A model generated the notes under the pieces. It was not told the DNA's origin. It did not search any database and was given only the letters and a program-made list of their open reading frames with translations. A DNA stretch of 64,000 bases from NCBI GenBank assembly GCA_965217585.1, contig OZ244561.1, positions 5,024,001 to 5,088,000 on the forward strand. The letters run 5' to 3'. The position numbers were made by a program, and so were the translations under genes. The DNA comes from Candidatus Latescibacterota bacterium (GTDB taxonomy: Bacteria; Latescibacterota; UBA2968; UBA8231). Positions 1 through 9,557 of the stretch are shown one piece after another. Positions within the stretch are counted from its first letter, which is position 1; each line of letters begins with the position of its first letter.

Positions 1-3
1 AAC

Positions 4-1107
4 TTGGCCGTCAGCACCGACGGTATTCACTTTACGCAACCTGAACTGGGCTTGGTCGAATTCAACGGCACGCGCAAAAACAACGTCCTGATCCAGGGCC
101 ACGAAAGCCACAATTTCTGCGTCTTTCTCGACGGTAATCCCGCAGCCGACCCGGCGCAGCGCTTCAAAGCCGTGGGCGGCACGGGCCAGTCCAACTTGCA
201 CGGCTTTGCCTCGCCCGACGGCCTCCACTGGACTCCGGTCAAAGATGGCCCCTTGGACGTCACCGGTGCCTTTGACTCGGTCAACGTCGCCTTGTGGGAC
301 CCTCACATTGGGAGCTATCGCCTCTTCAGCCGCTACTTCGACAGCACCGGCGGCCGGGTGCGGGCCATCCAGAGTTGCACCTCCGAGGACTTTATCCACT
401 GGACGCCGCCGCAGCCCCACCAGTACGCCGACGACGTGCCGCTGGAACACTTCTACACCAACGCCACCACGCCTTGCCCTGGTGCCGAGCACATCCTGCT
501 GTCGTTCCCCATGCGCTTTTTGCCCGAGCGCCAGCTCGACATCGCGGCGATGGATTACCCTGGGTCGGGCCTGTCCGACGCGGTGTTTATGAGCAGCCGC
601 GACGGCGTCCACTGGGACCGCCCCTTCATGGAGGCTTGGGTGCGCCCCGGCACGGATCAGCGCAACTGGTCCCACCGCAGTTGCACGCCCGCCCCCGGCT
701 TGGTGCAAACTGCCGACGACGAATGGTCCATGTACCTTTCGGAAAATTACGGCTGGTCAACTAACCGCTTGCGCCGTGTGGTCGTACGGCCGCACGGTTT
801 TGCCTCGGTGCGGGCCGGGTATAGAGCCGGTGAATTGCTCACCCGTCCCTTGCTGTTGGAAGGGGCCGCCTTGCGCCTCAACTACGCGACCTCGGCGGCG
901 GGGTCGCTGCGCGTGGAATTGCAGGACGAGTCGGGCCAGCCCCTGCCTGGGTATGCCTTGGAGGAGATGGACCCGGTCTACGGTGACCAACTCGACTCAC
1001 CGGTGGCTTGGAAAGCAGGCGGCGACTTGTCCGGGCTCAAGGGCCGTCCGGTGCGCTTGCGGGTGGTGTTACAAGACGCTGATTTGTTTGCCGTGCGGGC
1101 CGCGTGA
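4..1107 (+). CDS. Five-bladed beta-propeller glycoside hydrolase-like protein (GH32/43-like), probably 5'-truncated by the window edge
   Basis: Repeated S-x-DG-x-(H/N)W blade motifs (STDGIHF, SPDGLHW, SEDFIHW, SRDGVHW), an FDS-x-N motif and a beta-sandwich-like C-terminus; the ORF runs to the window start. Confidence 0.6.
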   Translation: MAVSTDGIHFTQPELGLVEFNGTRKNNVLIQGHESHNFCVFLDGNPAADPAQRFKAVGGTGQSNLHGFASPDGLHWTPVKDGPLDVTGAFDSVNVALWDPHIGSYRLFSRYFDSTGGRVRAIQSCTSEDFIHWTPPQPHQYADDVPLEHFYTNATTPCPGAEHILLSFPMRFLPERQLDIAAMDYPGSGLSDAVFMSSRDGVHWDRPFMEAWVRPGTDQRNWSHRSCTPAPGLVQTADDEWSMYLSENYGWSTNRLRRVVVRPHGFASVRAGYRAGELLTRPLLLEGAALRLNYATSAAGSLRVELQDESGQPLPGYALEEMDPVYGDQLDSPVAWKAGGDLSGLKGRPVRLRVVLQDADLFAVRAA

Positions 1108-1112
1108 GACCG

Positions 1113-2048
1113 TTACGAGTTATTACCTCGCAGTCTTACAGCGTTGATATAATCTTTTCCGCTTTCTTCAATATCCCGGACAAGGGAGAGCGGATTGACG
1201 GATTTTTTTAACCAAATATCAAATACAACGACGGTCGTTCCATCCTCATTATGGATCACGTCTGCTACCTGCCAGCGCTTGGTACTGGATGTTAGGATCA
1301 ACTCCGTTGCTTTTTGCACCTCTTCGACCTTCGTTGCATGCACTTCGATCTGAGCGTCGCAGGGTTTCTGGGGGGCAATCGCCTTGTCGCTCGTTTCAGA
1401 GACTTGGGACGATTTTTCAGGATAAAGAATGGTCCAGCCGGATATTACCGCCGGCCGCGTGCCAAAATTGCTTTTCCACACACCCAGCGCTATGGCGACG
1501 AAAACCAACGATGCGAGGTACGCCACGGTAGTAAGCTGGGTGCCGGCCGCCAGCCCTATGCCGATGGCCATGAGCATGTACACGGCATCCATCGGCTCTT
1601 CGAGTGAGGTGCGAAAGCGCACGGCGGCCACGATGCCCGCCAAGCTGAACGCAAGGGCTAGGCTACCCTTAACTAAAAAAACGACCAGCGTTATGGAGGT
1701 AGGTATCACGAGCAGAGTATGTGCAAAGGATTGGCTGTATTTCTTGCGCGGCCGCGTCCAGCGATAGACCCAAGTAATGGGGAGCGTAACCCCGAAGGCC
1801 AGCACCAAAGCGACCATGATTGGAATGGTGTGTGCTGGATCGACGAGCCGCAACACCCCTTCTTCGATATTGCCGAGCGGAAATGGAACGGTGTCGGCTC
1901 CAGTGTCCAAGGATTTTGCTATGAAGATGCGTTCGCGCTCTCGGGCGACGTAATAGAGGATCTGGGGGAAGAGGTGAAAAATCCCGCTGAGGGCTAAAAG
2001 CCATGCGGCATAGTAAACGAGGAGACGTATGATCATGTTGTTGAGCAT
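1113..2048 (-). CDS. DUF4956-family membrane protein
   Basis: Several TM segments and the family motif SLALAFSLAGIVAAVRFRT...DAVY..MAIGIGLAAG. Confidence 0.75.
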   Translation of the reverse strand: MLNNMIIRLLVYYAAWLLALSGIFHLFPQILYYVARERERIFIAKSLDTGADTVPFPLGNIEEGVLRLVDPAHTIPIMVALVLAFGVTLPITWVYRWTRPRKKYSQSFAHTLLVIPTSITLVVFLVKGSLALAFSLAGIVAAVRFRTSLEEPMDAVYMLMAIGIGLAAGTQLTTVAYLASLVFVAIALGVWKSNFGTRPAVISGWTILYPEKSSQVSETSDKAIAPQKPCDAQIEVHATKVEEVQKATELILTSSTKRWQVADVIHNEDGTTVVVFDIWLKKSVNPLSLVRDIEESGKDYINAVRLRGNNS

Positions 2049-2069
2049 TATGTATCCCTCCTTAATTAG

Positions 2070-4757
2070 CTAGAACACCAAACCAGCGCGCATATACACT
2101 CCCGTCAAGTCATCGCCTTGTACGACTGCCACGCTCAAGGTCTGCCACCGTCGGAGAAAAGACAGCCACAATCCACCTCCCACGCCAGTATGCCAACTGT
2201 CAGCATCGTCCGGATCCCCGGAATAAATCACCCGGCCGGCATCAGCCGCACCGAACAGGCCCAACTCTCCCGGCACTAAAAGCTTGATTTTGGCCAGCAC
2301 CAAGCGCAGTTCGGAATTGCCATACAGCGCGGTATCTCCCGCGAACCGGTTCTTCCGAAAACCACGTAAGTTGCCATTGGATGTGCCACTACCGGCTAAG
2401 CCGGGCCCGCCCAAGAAAGCGCTCTCGTGAAAGGGGAAGGTCCCCCACACTTTCTTGCCGCCCGCTCTTAAGGCGAGGGTCGGGCTAGTTGGAATGCGAG
2501 CCGTCACGTACGTGCGTGCTTCTCCATCTATGCTGCCAAAGGCCGACGCCACATCCCAAGCTCCTGGATAGACGGCTCCGGCGACTCTGAGCAAGAACCC
2601 CCGAGTGGCATACCCTGGATTGTTGCGCGTATCGTACGCGATTTCGCCCTGTGCTCCTACTTGGCCGAAGGAATCCGTGCCGTACACCGGGTGATCCAGA
2701 GAACCGATAAATTTGTCCTTATTGGAACTCAGCGGCGTGTTTGCATACTTGATGATCGGCCCCCAGCCAATGGTTAATTTCGAGCGCAGCGATCCCATAT
2801 CTCCTTCATGCTCTTCTGCGCGAAATTCGAGGGATGGGGCGAGAGCGAAATAATTTTGCTCCACTGCATAAAAAGAAGATGTACCCGGAATCTCCGTTTT
2901 ATTACCGAGTCCGTTGAACCGAATTACTTGGAGTCCGGAGTATTTGAGATGAACTCTCGCGTCGAGATTGAGCAGCAGTTGGCGGAAGGTTCCGGTATAG
3001 GAAACAGATGACTTGAGACGATTGATCGCCAGCCCGGCGTTGAAGGAATGACGCGAAGAGAAAGGGTTTTTTCGATAGCCGAAATACTGCCGGCTGCCAA
3101 AACCTCCTACGAACACGCTCAGATCTGGATTGGCCATAAGGATCGGGAGCGTAATCGCCTGCATGCCCCAGTCCAGTGCATACCGCGCGCGGAGAATCCG
3201 TGCGGGAGGACGCTTGTAGGGGCGCTTGTCGATTTTCGCGCCCTTGCCTTTGGCGAACCGATTTTTTCCACGATAATCGTAAAACTGGGTCTTTGCGGCA
3301 CTAGCTTGGGATGAATTTGTGGACGCGTCGTCCCCGCCTCCGCCGTCGATGCGGACGGCAATTCGTCCCTTGGCCCCTGCTATCTCCGCGCGGTCGGCTC
3401 CCCCTCGGAGGTATATGCGGACTTCCCGGGTTTCTTGGGGGTGGAACGTCCGCTGGAAATAGGGCGTCTTCCTTGCTCCATCAGGATCTTCCATGAGGCC
3501 GATGCGGACTGAGAGATCGCCGCTTGGCAGGTGTTCACAGTGGGCGTACTCGTCCTGATCGGTCGCTTGGATTTCGGCCTCGCGGGTAATCAACGCATAG
3601 TATCGGCGGGCAAATTCAGGCAATGCGTCCCGCCTCGATTTGAGCGCCTTTGTAAGCGCTGCTCCTACGATCTTGTAATACGGCGGGGGGAGCTTTCGCA
3701 CGGCATCCTCGATGATCGGGTCTGGAAGGTCCCGGCGAAACGCCGTTACGACCGAATCCCATGCCGTCTTATTGAGTTCGGCTAGGAACTGGCGATCCAG
3801 CTCCCAGCCCGTAGTCGATAGGCCCACCAGACTCGGATACGCGTCGTCGAACTCGATTTGCATCGGAAGCCCTCTACGCGCCACAGCCATGCCAAACCCG
3901 TCGAGGCCGACAAAGGCTTGGTCGCGATCCTCTGGTATGGGCAGCCAAGTATAACAATCGCCAGCGGGGAACCGCGCCCATCGCCACTGACCGTAGTGGC
4001 GATCCCTGTCGTTGATGAGAAAATCCATCAGCCTCGCCTTTAGATAGACACGGGCATCGACGCGGTTGCAGGGAGTTTTTTCCAAGCGCTGCCACAGCTT
4101 CTCCGTGCCGCTGATCTTGCGGGAACCGGCAAAACCGGGCGTATCGTCCGGCCCTTCAGAAGGGTGTTCCTGTAGCATTCCTATAAGGCCGGCAAATTCC
4201 TCGCGGTACTCCTTCAGCCTAAGATCCTCTGGAATAACTACGAGCGTATGCTTGGCGTGAAGGATGCCGGTGGCTTCCATTAGCGGATCGACCACGAGCC
4301 CTGCGGTTGGTAGAAGCGCACTGATCATGTCCTGCAGGACGTCGTCCACGACCGTATTCTTGAGTTCGTCCCATTTCCTTTTCATAGGATCTTTATCCAA
4401 GGAGCGAACCGTATAGCGGCGGCCATCTTTTCCCGTAAAGTGCAGAGAGATGGACTGACCGGCCCCGCCGGTGCGAAGCGGTGTCAAGCCACCTCCTACA
4501 CGGTCGAGGTCGAGGACCGCAACCTCGATAGGGGTAGTCCAGAGATCTCGGTAATCGCGGCCGTAGAGCCAGCGTTTGAACCCACCGGCGCGGAACCTTT
4601 CCCCTAGAATCACCACATGGGTTTTGGCACCCTGCGGAGGGATAGAGCGGTGAATTCTGTATCCTGGAGGAGGGGATTCTTCCGAAGCCGATTCTGCTGG
4701 AATGGAAACGGCGAGCACCAACGAGAGTACTATGGGAATCCGCTTGGAGAATACCAT
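2070..4757 (-). CDS. BamA/TamA (Omp85)-family outer-membrane protein with an N-terminal atypical-kinase-like domain
   Basis: Signal peptide; C-terminal barrel motifs YDTRNN, LRGFRKNRFAG and terminal F; N-terminal DRDRHxxQW and PIPEDRDQAF motifs. Confidence 0.7.
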   Translation of the reverse strand: MVFSKRIPIVLSLVLAVSIPAESASEESPPPGYRIHRSIPPQGAKTHVVILGERFRAGGFKRWLYGRDYRDLWTTPIEVAVLDLDRVGGGLTPLRTGGAGQSISLHFTGKDGRRYTVRSLDKDPMKRKWDELKNTVVDDVLQDMISALLPTAGLVVDPLMEATGILHAKHTLVVIPEDLRLKEYREEFAGLIGMLQEHPSEGPDDTPGFAGSRKISGTEKLWQRLEKTPCNRVDARVYLKARLMDFLINDRDRHYGQWRWARFPAGDCYTWLPIPEDRDQAFVGLDGFGMAVARRGLPMQIEFDDAYPSLVGLSTTGWELDRQFLAELNKTAWDSVVTAFRRDLPDPIIEDAVRKLPPPYYKIVGAALTKALKSRRDALPEFARRYYALITREAEIQATDQDEYAHCEHLPSGDLSVRIGLMEDPDGARKTPYFQRTFHPQETREVRIYLRGGADRAEIAGAKGRIAVRIDGGGGDDASTNSSQASAAKTQFYDYRGKNRFAKGKGAKIDKRPYKRPPARILRARYALDWGMQAITLPILMANPDLSVFVGGFGSRQYFGYRKNPFSSRHSFNAGLAINRLKSSVSYTGTFRQLLLNLDARVHLKYSGLQVIRFNGLGNKTEIPGTSSFYAVEQNYFALAPSLEFRAEEHEGDMGSLRSKLTIGWGPIIKYANTPLSSNKDKFIGSLDHPVYGTDSFGQVGAQGEIAYDTRNNPGYATRGFLLRVAGAVYPGAWDVASAFGSIDGEARTYVTARIPTSPTLALRAGGKKVWGTFPFHESAFLGGPGLAGSGTSNGNLRGFRKNRFAGDTALYGNSELRLVLAKIKLLVPGELGLFGAADAGRVIYSGDPDDADSWHTGVGGGLWLSFLRRWQTLSVAVVQGDDLTGVYMRAGLVF

Positions 4758-4881
4758 TTTTAGAAAGCTTGTCGGCTTCAGACTAATCTGGCGGTAGGCA
4801 ATTTGGCTCGTAACTCCTTAATTTAGCATTCGAGCAAGGACGCGCATAGTGAACCACTTTTAAAAACAACCTCTACTATCC

Positions 4882-5121
4882 ATGACCAAAATCCTCTTTC
4901 TCTGCACCGGCAACTCCTGCCGCAGCCAAATGGCCGAGGGCTTTGCCCGCGCCCTAAAATCCAATCAGTTTGAAGCCTACTCAGCGGGGATCGAGACCCA
5001 CGGTCTCAACCCCAACGCCGTCCAAGTGATGGCCGAGGTCGGCATTGATATCTCGTCCCAGCAATCGACGCATGTTGACCAGTTCCGCCACATCGACTTC
5101 GACTGGGTGGTCGTGGGTTAA
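4882..5121 (+). pseudogene. arsC: Internally deleted duplicate of arsenate reductase arsC
   Basis: Near-identical to 7754-7985 ([12 protein letters not shown]), then jumps to the last codons and stop of the intact copy; lacks the downstream TVC..C and DDP residues. Confidence 0.85.
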
Positions 5122-5204
5122 ACGCGTTTAGCCGGGCACCACGGGCTGTTCGCGGTCTTGTTCTACTTGATCGGAATTTCGTTAAGGTCAGGGCGGTTCA
5201 GTCT

Positions 5205-5591
5205 TTAGCCACCCATCTGCGCGATTCTTCGTGCCATCCAAGATATATAGGCCGTGCGGGTCATTTTGCGTCTTCGCGCCTCGGAGTCGATAAAAGCGGC
5301 TACTTCTTCGTCGAGATTCAAGTGAGCGCGCACGCTGCGACCCGACAGACGGATCAGGGGAATGGACACCAGCGCTTGTCCAGCGAGGGTCTCGATGTCT
5401 TCAAGGGCACTCGGCGCCGTAAGGGTCTCGCCGTCTTTTTCCGCTTCGAGCGCACCATCGTGAAGCGCCTCTTCGGCATTCATCAGCGCCTCATCCATCG
5501 TCTTGCCCATGGCCACGATACCGGGAAGATCCGGGAAGGTCACGCCATAGGCACCTTTTTCGCCGTCGATCAGTGCAGGATATCGGATCAT
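5205..5591 (-). CDS. hicB: HicB-family antitoxin
   Basis: YGVTFPDLPG..AMGKT..EAL..AEEAL motif plus an RHH-like C-terminus; directly downstream of hicA. Confidence 0.9.
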   Translation of the reverse strand: MIRYPALIDGEKGAYGVTFPDLPGIVAMGKTMDEALMNAEEALHDGALEAEKDGETLTAPSALEDIETLAGQALVSIPLIRLSGRSVRAHLNLDEEVAAFIDSEARRRKMTRTAYISWMARRIAQMGG

Positions 5592-5612
5592 AGTCCTTGT
5601 TTCCTTGGCCGC

Positions 5613-5804
5613 TTATTCATCTAACCATCCGGCCTTTTTTGCAATGGAGCGGGCGACACCCGGCGACAGCTTGTTGTGTCTTGGCAAGGTGATGATGCCC
5701 TTGACGAGAGGATGTCGATAAATGTCATGGCTGCCACCGTGGCGTACCATGTACCAACCTTCTTTCTCCAGTTTTCTTTTAATCAGGTTGGTCCTAGTTT
5801 CCAT
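5613..5804 (-). CDS. hicA: HicA-family mRNA interferase toxin
   Basis: 63 aa with the pattern L...GW...R..GSH..YRHP...ITLPRH...G....I.K.AG. Confidence 0.9.
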   Translation of the reverse strand: METRTNLIKRKLEKEGWYMVRHGGSHDIYRHPLVKGIITLPRHNKLSPGVARSIAKKAGWLDE

Positions 5805-5923
5805 ATTCGTGGCCCGATATGTGCATATATATGCACTTTTAAGGGATATGTCAAGGTCACAATGATTCCGTCTAGGTCGCAGCGCTGCATTACACGGTAG
5901 GCCCTTTTTCTTTTTCTACAGGG

Positions 5924-6505
5924 TCAGAACAGGATGCGGGCACCTAGAATCGGTCTATGATTCTTTCGCGGATCAAGAGCCACGTTAATCGCGGGTTTGA
6001 TCCGCGACGCTCCACTCATAAACTGTGTTGGAATAGTTTCCCATTCCTCGCTCCGCACAATGGTGCCGATGACCAAGCCCGTAAGCCCTAGGCACGTCCC
6101 CAACACAGTGCTACCTAAGATCGCTTCTGCAGCGGTTATTTTATCGCATCCAATGTGAGGGGTGCAGTTCTGGCCAACGGGCAAACTGAGGAAGAGTCCA
6201 CTAAGAGTACCAGCGCCAAACCCGATCGTGAATCCGCGTTTCTTGTAGGTCTGGGTCCCAAGGCTCCGCTCCAGCAGTTCTATCTCGCTGTGCACGACGG
6301 AGCGGGATTTGCCGCCCCATAGTCTGAGGTCAAATCCGCTCTGGCTCGTCGCCGAAACAGTCCCAGTCATCGTTTCGTCGTCTAAGGTCACACGCAGACG
6401 CTCTCCTACATGCTGTCCGTAAAGGGGGGCAGGAAAGCTCATAACTATCAAGGCCATTGCGCTCACGAGGATAGTGAATCGCTGCAAGGGTCTCATGGCT
6501 ATCAT
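5924..6505 (-). CDS. Hypothetical exported/membrane protein
   Basis: Signal-peptide-like N-terminus, two Gly-rich hydrophobic segments, ends in F. Confidence 0.6.
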   Translation of the reverse strand: MIAMRPLQRFTILVSAMALIVMSFPAPLYGQHVGERLRVTLDDETMTGTVSATSQSGFDLRLWGGKSRSVVHSEIELLERSLGTQTYKKRGFTIGFGAGTLSGLFLSLPVGQNCTPHIGCDKITAAEAILGSTVLGTCLGLTGLVIGTIVRSEEWETIPTQFMSGASRIKPAINVALDPRKNHRPILGARILF

Positions 6506-6544
6506 AGATTGCCTAATTGAGTAGGGTGAATGTGCGCCGTGTCC

Positions 6545-7543
6545 TTATTTAACGATGACCATCTTGCGCACTTGGGCGACCGGTCCGGCTTGCAAGCGGT
6601 ACAAACACACGCCGCTAGAGACGCGCTGGCCTCTTTGATCGCGGCCATCCCAATGGGCGGCGCTGGTGCTCGTCAAATACTGACCCGCCGCGCGATAGCC
6701 CAAGTCGATTTCTCGGACTAGCGCCCCTCGGACATCGTAGATCGTCAGGCGCACGTGGGCGGGGACGTGGAGTTGATAGGGGATATAGGTGTCTGGGTTG
6801 AAGGGGTTGGGGAAGTTGGCCAGCAGTGCCGTCTGTGTGGGTAGTGGAGGCGAAAGCTCAATTGCCGTCAGCGTAGAAGGAGTGATGTACGGCGACATAT
6901 CCCACAGTAGGATCGTGCCGCCCTCACCTCTACTGGCAAGGATTGTACCGTCCGGCGAAAACACCACCACGCCATACCCGTTGAGGGTGGCTTTTCGTTG
7001 GCGGCTGTCCACATCCCATAGCAGGATACCCCCGCCGCTACTGGCCAAGAGTTTGCCGTCCGGCGAAAACGCCACTACGCCATACCCTTTGAGGGTGGCT
7101 TTTTGTTGGCCGCTGTCCACATCCCACAGCAGGATTTTCCCACTGCCACTGGCCAGCGTGTTCCCGTCCGGCGAAAACGCCACGGAAGAGACCCCCCCTG
7201 TATGCCCTGTGAGCAAGAGGACTTCGTTGTGGGTGGGGATATCATAGACCCATCTACCCCAAAAACTCCACGGATCGGTGAATTCAAGTTTCCACGAATA
7301 GGTGGCTTCGTTGGGGGTGCGGACATCGTAGAGCCAGATGCCAATGGTCGTGGCTACTGCTAGTCGTGTGCCATCGGGCGAGTACGCAACCGTACGGTCG
7401 CCCCTTTGGATCGTTCCTTTTCCTAGACGGGCGAGGGCCCCTTCGGGCAAATTCCAGCGGATATAGTCTTGGGCACGGCTATTCTGTACAAACAGGAGCG
7501 CGACCAACAAGAGGGCGAGATTGAACAACCGGGGCTGTTTCAT
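6545..7543 (-). CDS. Secreted WD40-repeat protein with a C-terminal FlgD-Ig/sorting-type domain
   Basis: Signal peptide, repeated VAFSPDG..LAS...ILLWD blades, C-terminal NFPNPFNP...WDGRD..G..V.SG motif. Confidence 0.85.
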   Translation of the reverse strand: MKQPRLFNLALLLVALLFVQNSRAQDYIRWNLPEGALARLGKGTIQRGDRTVAYSPDGTRLAVATTIGIWLYDVRTPNEATYSWKLEFTDPWSFWGRWVYDIPTHNEVLLLTGHTGGVSSVAFSPDGNTLASGSGKILLWDVDSGQQKATLKGYGVVAFSPDGKLLASSGGGILLWDVDSRQRKATLNGYGVVVFSPDGTILASRGEGGTILLWDMSPYITPSTLTAIELSPPLPTQTALLANFPNPFNPDTYIPYQLHVPAHVRLTIYDVRGALVREIDLGYRAAGQYLTSTSAAHWDGRDQRGQRVSSGVCLYRLQAGPVAQVRKMVIVK

Positions 7544-7753
7544 CGGAAGTTCTCTTTCTGGCTGAAGGCAGATGTATGCCGCTTAGGGCGGCCTTGATGC
7601 CGCGTTCGGTCGCATCCTACCGGCGTCCACTAGTCGGCTCGTGTAGAATTATAACACATATACCGCTAGCGACGCACTCGCCGCGATGGACTTCCCGGAA
7701 CATTTCCTCGGCGGGCATAGCGACCCCGAGCGTGGATGTTTATTCTAATATCT

Positions 7754-8179
7754 ATGACCAAAATCCTCTTTCTCTGCACCGGCAATTCCTGCCGCAGCCA
7801 AATGGCCGAGGGCTTTGCCCGCGCCCTGAAATCCAATCAATTTGAAGCCTACTCAGCGGGGATCGAGACCCACGGTCTCAACCCCAACGCCGTCCAAGTA
7901 ATGGCCGAGGTCGGCATTGATATTTCGGCCCAGCAATCGACGCACGTTGACCAGCTCCGCCACATCGACTTCGACTGGGTGGTCACGGTCTGCGACCATG
8001 CGGCCGAACAGTGTCCTGTTTTTCCGGGGCGCGCCCGGGTAGTGCACCGGGCCTTTGACGACCCGCCGAAGCTGGCGCGGGATGTGCGCAGTGCAGAAGA
8101 AGCGCTGGGGGCGTATCGGCGGGTGCGCGACGAGATCGGTACTTATATCAAGACTTTGCCCGAGGGATTGGCGGGTTAA
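7754..8179 (+). CDS. arsC: Arsenate reductase (thioredoxin-dependent, LMW-PTP fold)
   Basis: [13 protein letters not shown]-loop, TVCD....CP, FDDP; start placed at ATG 7754 by comparison with the duplicate. Confidence 0.9.
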   Translation: MTKILFLCTGNSCRSQMAEGFARALKSNQFEAYSAGIETHGLNPNAVQVMAEVGIDISAQQSTHVDQLRHIDFDWVVTVCDHAAEQCPVFPGRARVVHRAFDDPPKLARDVRSAEEALGAYRRVRDEIGTYIKTLPEGLAG

Positions 8180-8190
8180 GATCGCCTTCT

Positions 8191-9432
8191 TCAGCCGGGC
8201 ACTACGGGCTGTTCCCGATCCTGTTCCACCAGGGGCCGGTTGCCGTCGGCCTCGACGACAAAGCTCTGCTCCATGTGCAAAGAAGCCCGTCCCGGCGCAA
8301 AGATCATCGCCTCCAGATTGAGCACCATGCCGGCCTCCAGCGACAAATCCGCGGCCTCGTCAATGCATTCGTCGGCGATGCGGCCGCCCTTGTCCGGCAC
8401 TAAGATGGGATAGTCCCGCACTTCTAGGCCGACGCCGTGGCCGTGGGGGAAGGAGGCCGCTACGCCGCGTCCACCGAGAACGTCTCCCATAGCCTTCGGC
8501 GCGTCCGAGGCTTTAGCTCCCACTTGTAAAGCGGCTTGCCCGGCCCGCATGCACTCGTACAACGCTTGGTATTTGCCGATCCATTCTCCTTCCAGCCCGC
8601 CCACCGCCAGCGTTACCCCGCTGTCTGAGCAATAGTTGCGGTACAGGCAGCCGTAGTCCACGTACAGGGCGTCGCCCTCTATCAAGGCGTAATCCGGTTC
8701 CGTCGCTAGCCCTAGGCCCCGAATGCCATAGGCAAAGTGATCGACATCCGCGCCCAAGAGCCCGACTTGGACCCGGAAGCGCTGCTGCACATCGCGCAGG
8801 CGCACGCCGGGCCGGGCCTCGGCAAAAGCAGCGGCGGCAGCTTGTTCGCCAATGTGCGCCGCCTCGGCCAAAAGCGCCTGTTCGGCGGGGCTTTTGACCA
8901 TGCGGATTAGGCGGATCATGTTGGAGCAATCGACCAGTTCGGCCTTGGGCAAAGCCGCTCGCACCGCGTCTAACAGCGCCGTTGGTACGCCCCCTGTCTC
9001 TAGACCTAACCGCGCCTCGGCCAAGCCCGCTTGCCGCACCAGATGCGCTAGAGCATCCACCGCCGTCGCCTCCGAGCGCATCGCCCGCAACTGCTGCCAC
9101 AAGCGCTGCTGCGCCTCGTCCATCGGCCCCAAGGGCGTGCCCCACTCAAAAGGCGCATCGCCCCAAGGACACAGATCCACGGGCAAGTCCAAGGCATTGA
9201 CCGCCAACAGCGGGGACACGGTCAGGCCGGGGCGTCCTTCCGGCCGATACAGGGCAAACGCGGGCAGTAAATCGCCGCTGCCGCCGGGGTTGACCATGAA
9301 TTCCTTGAACTGCCCGTCCAACCAGCAATGGTAATCGGTGAAATAGGTGATATTGACCGGCGAACTCGCAATGATTCCGTCTAGGCCGCAGCGCTGCATA
9401 TAGGCGGCGGCTCTGGGGGCATTACACGGCAT
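8191..9432 (-). CDS. Xaa-Pro peptidase / M24-family metallopeptidase
   Basis: Creatinase-N-like start, RMVKSPAE, D.G....YCSD, HGHGVGLEV, GMVLNLE; start moved to ATG 9432. Confidence 0.85.
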   Translation of the reverse strand: MPCNAPRAAAYMQRCGLDGIIASSPVNITYFTDYHCWLDGQFKEFMVNPGGSGDLLPAFALYRPEGRPGLTVSPLLAVNALDLPVDLCPWGDAPFEWGTPLGPMDEAQQRLWQQLRAMRSEATAVDALAHLVRQAGLAEARLGLETGGVPTALLDAVRAALPKAELVDCSNMIRLIRMVKSPAEQALLAEAAHIGEQAAAAAFAEARPGVRLRDVQQRFRVQVGLLGADVDHFAYGIRGLGLATEPDYALIEGDALYVDYGCLYRNYCSDSGVTLAVGGLEGEWIGKYQALYECMRAGQAALQVGAKASDAPKAMGDVLGGRGVAASFPHGHGVGLEVRDYPILVPDKGGRIADECIDEAADLSLEAGMVLNLEAMIFAPGRASLHMEQSFVVEADGNRPLVEQDREQPVVPG

Positions 9433-9457
9433 AATCGTTTTTCTTTTTTTATAAGGG

Positions 9458-9557
9458 TCAGAACAGGATGCGGGCACTCAGAACCGGTCTAGGGTTTCTC
9501 CGCTGATCAAGAGCTACGTCAAGCACGAGGCTGATCCGCGCCTTTCCACTCATAAAC
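9458..9557 (-). pseudogene. 3'-end remnant of a paralog of the 5924-6505 gene, cut off by the IS701 remnant
   Basis: 9435-9557 aligns by eye to 5901-6023 (gggtcagaacaggatgcgggcac...gatcaagagc...tgatccgcg...ccactcataaac). Confidence 0.7.
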
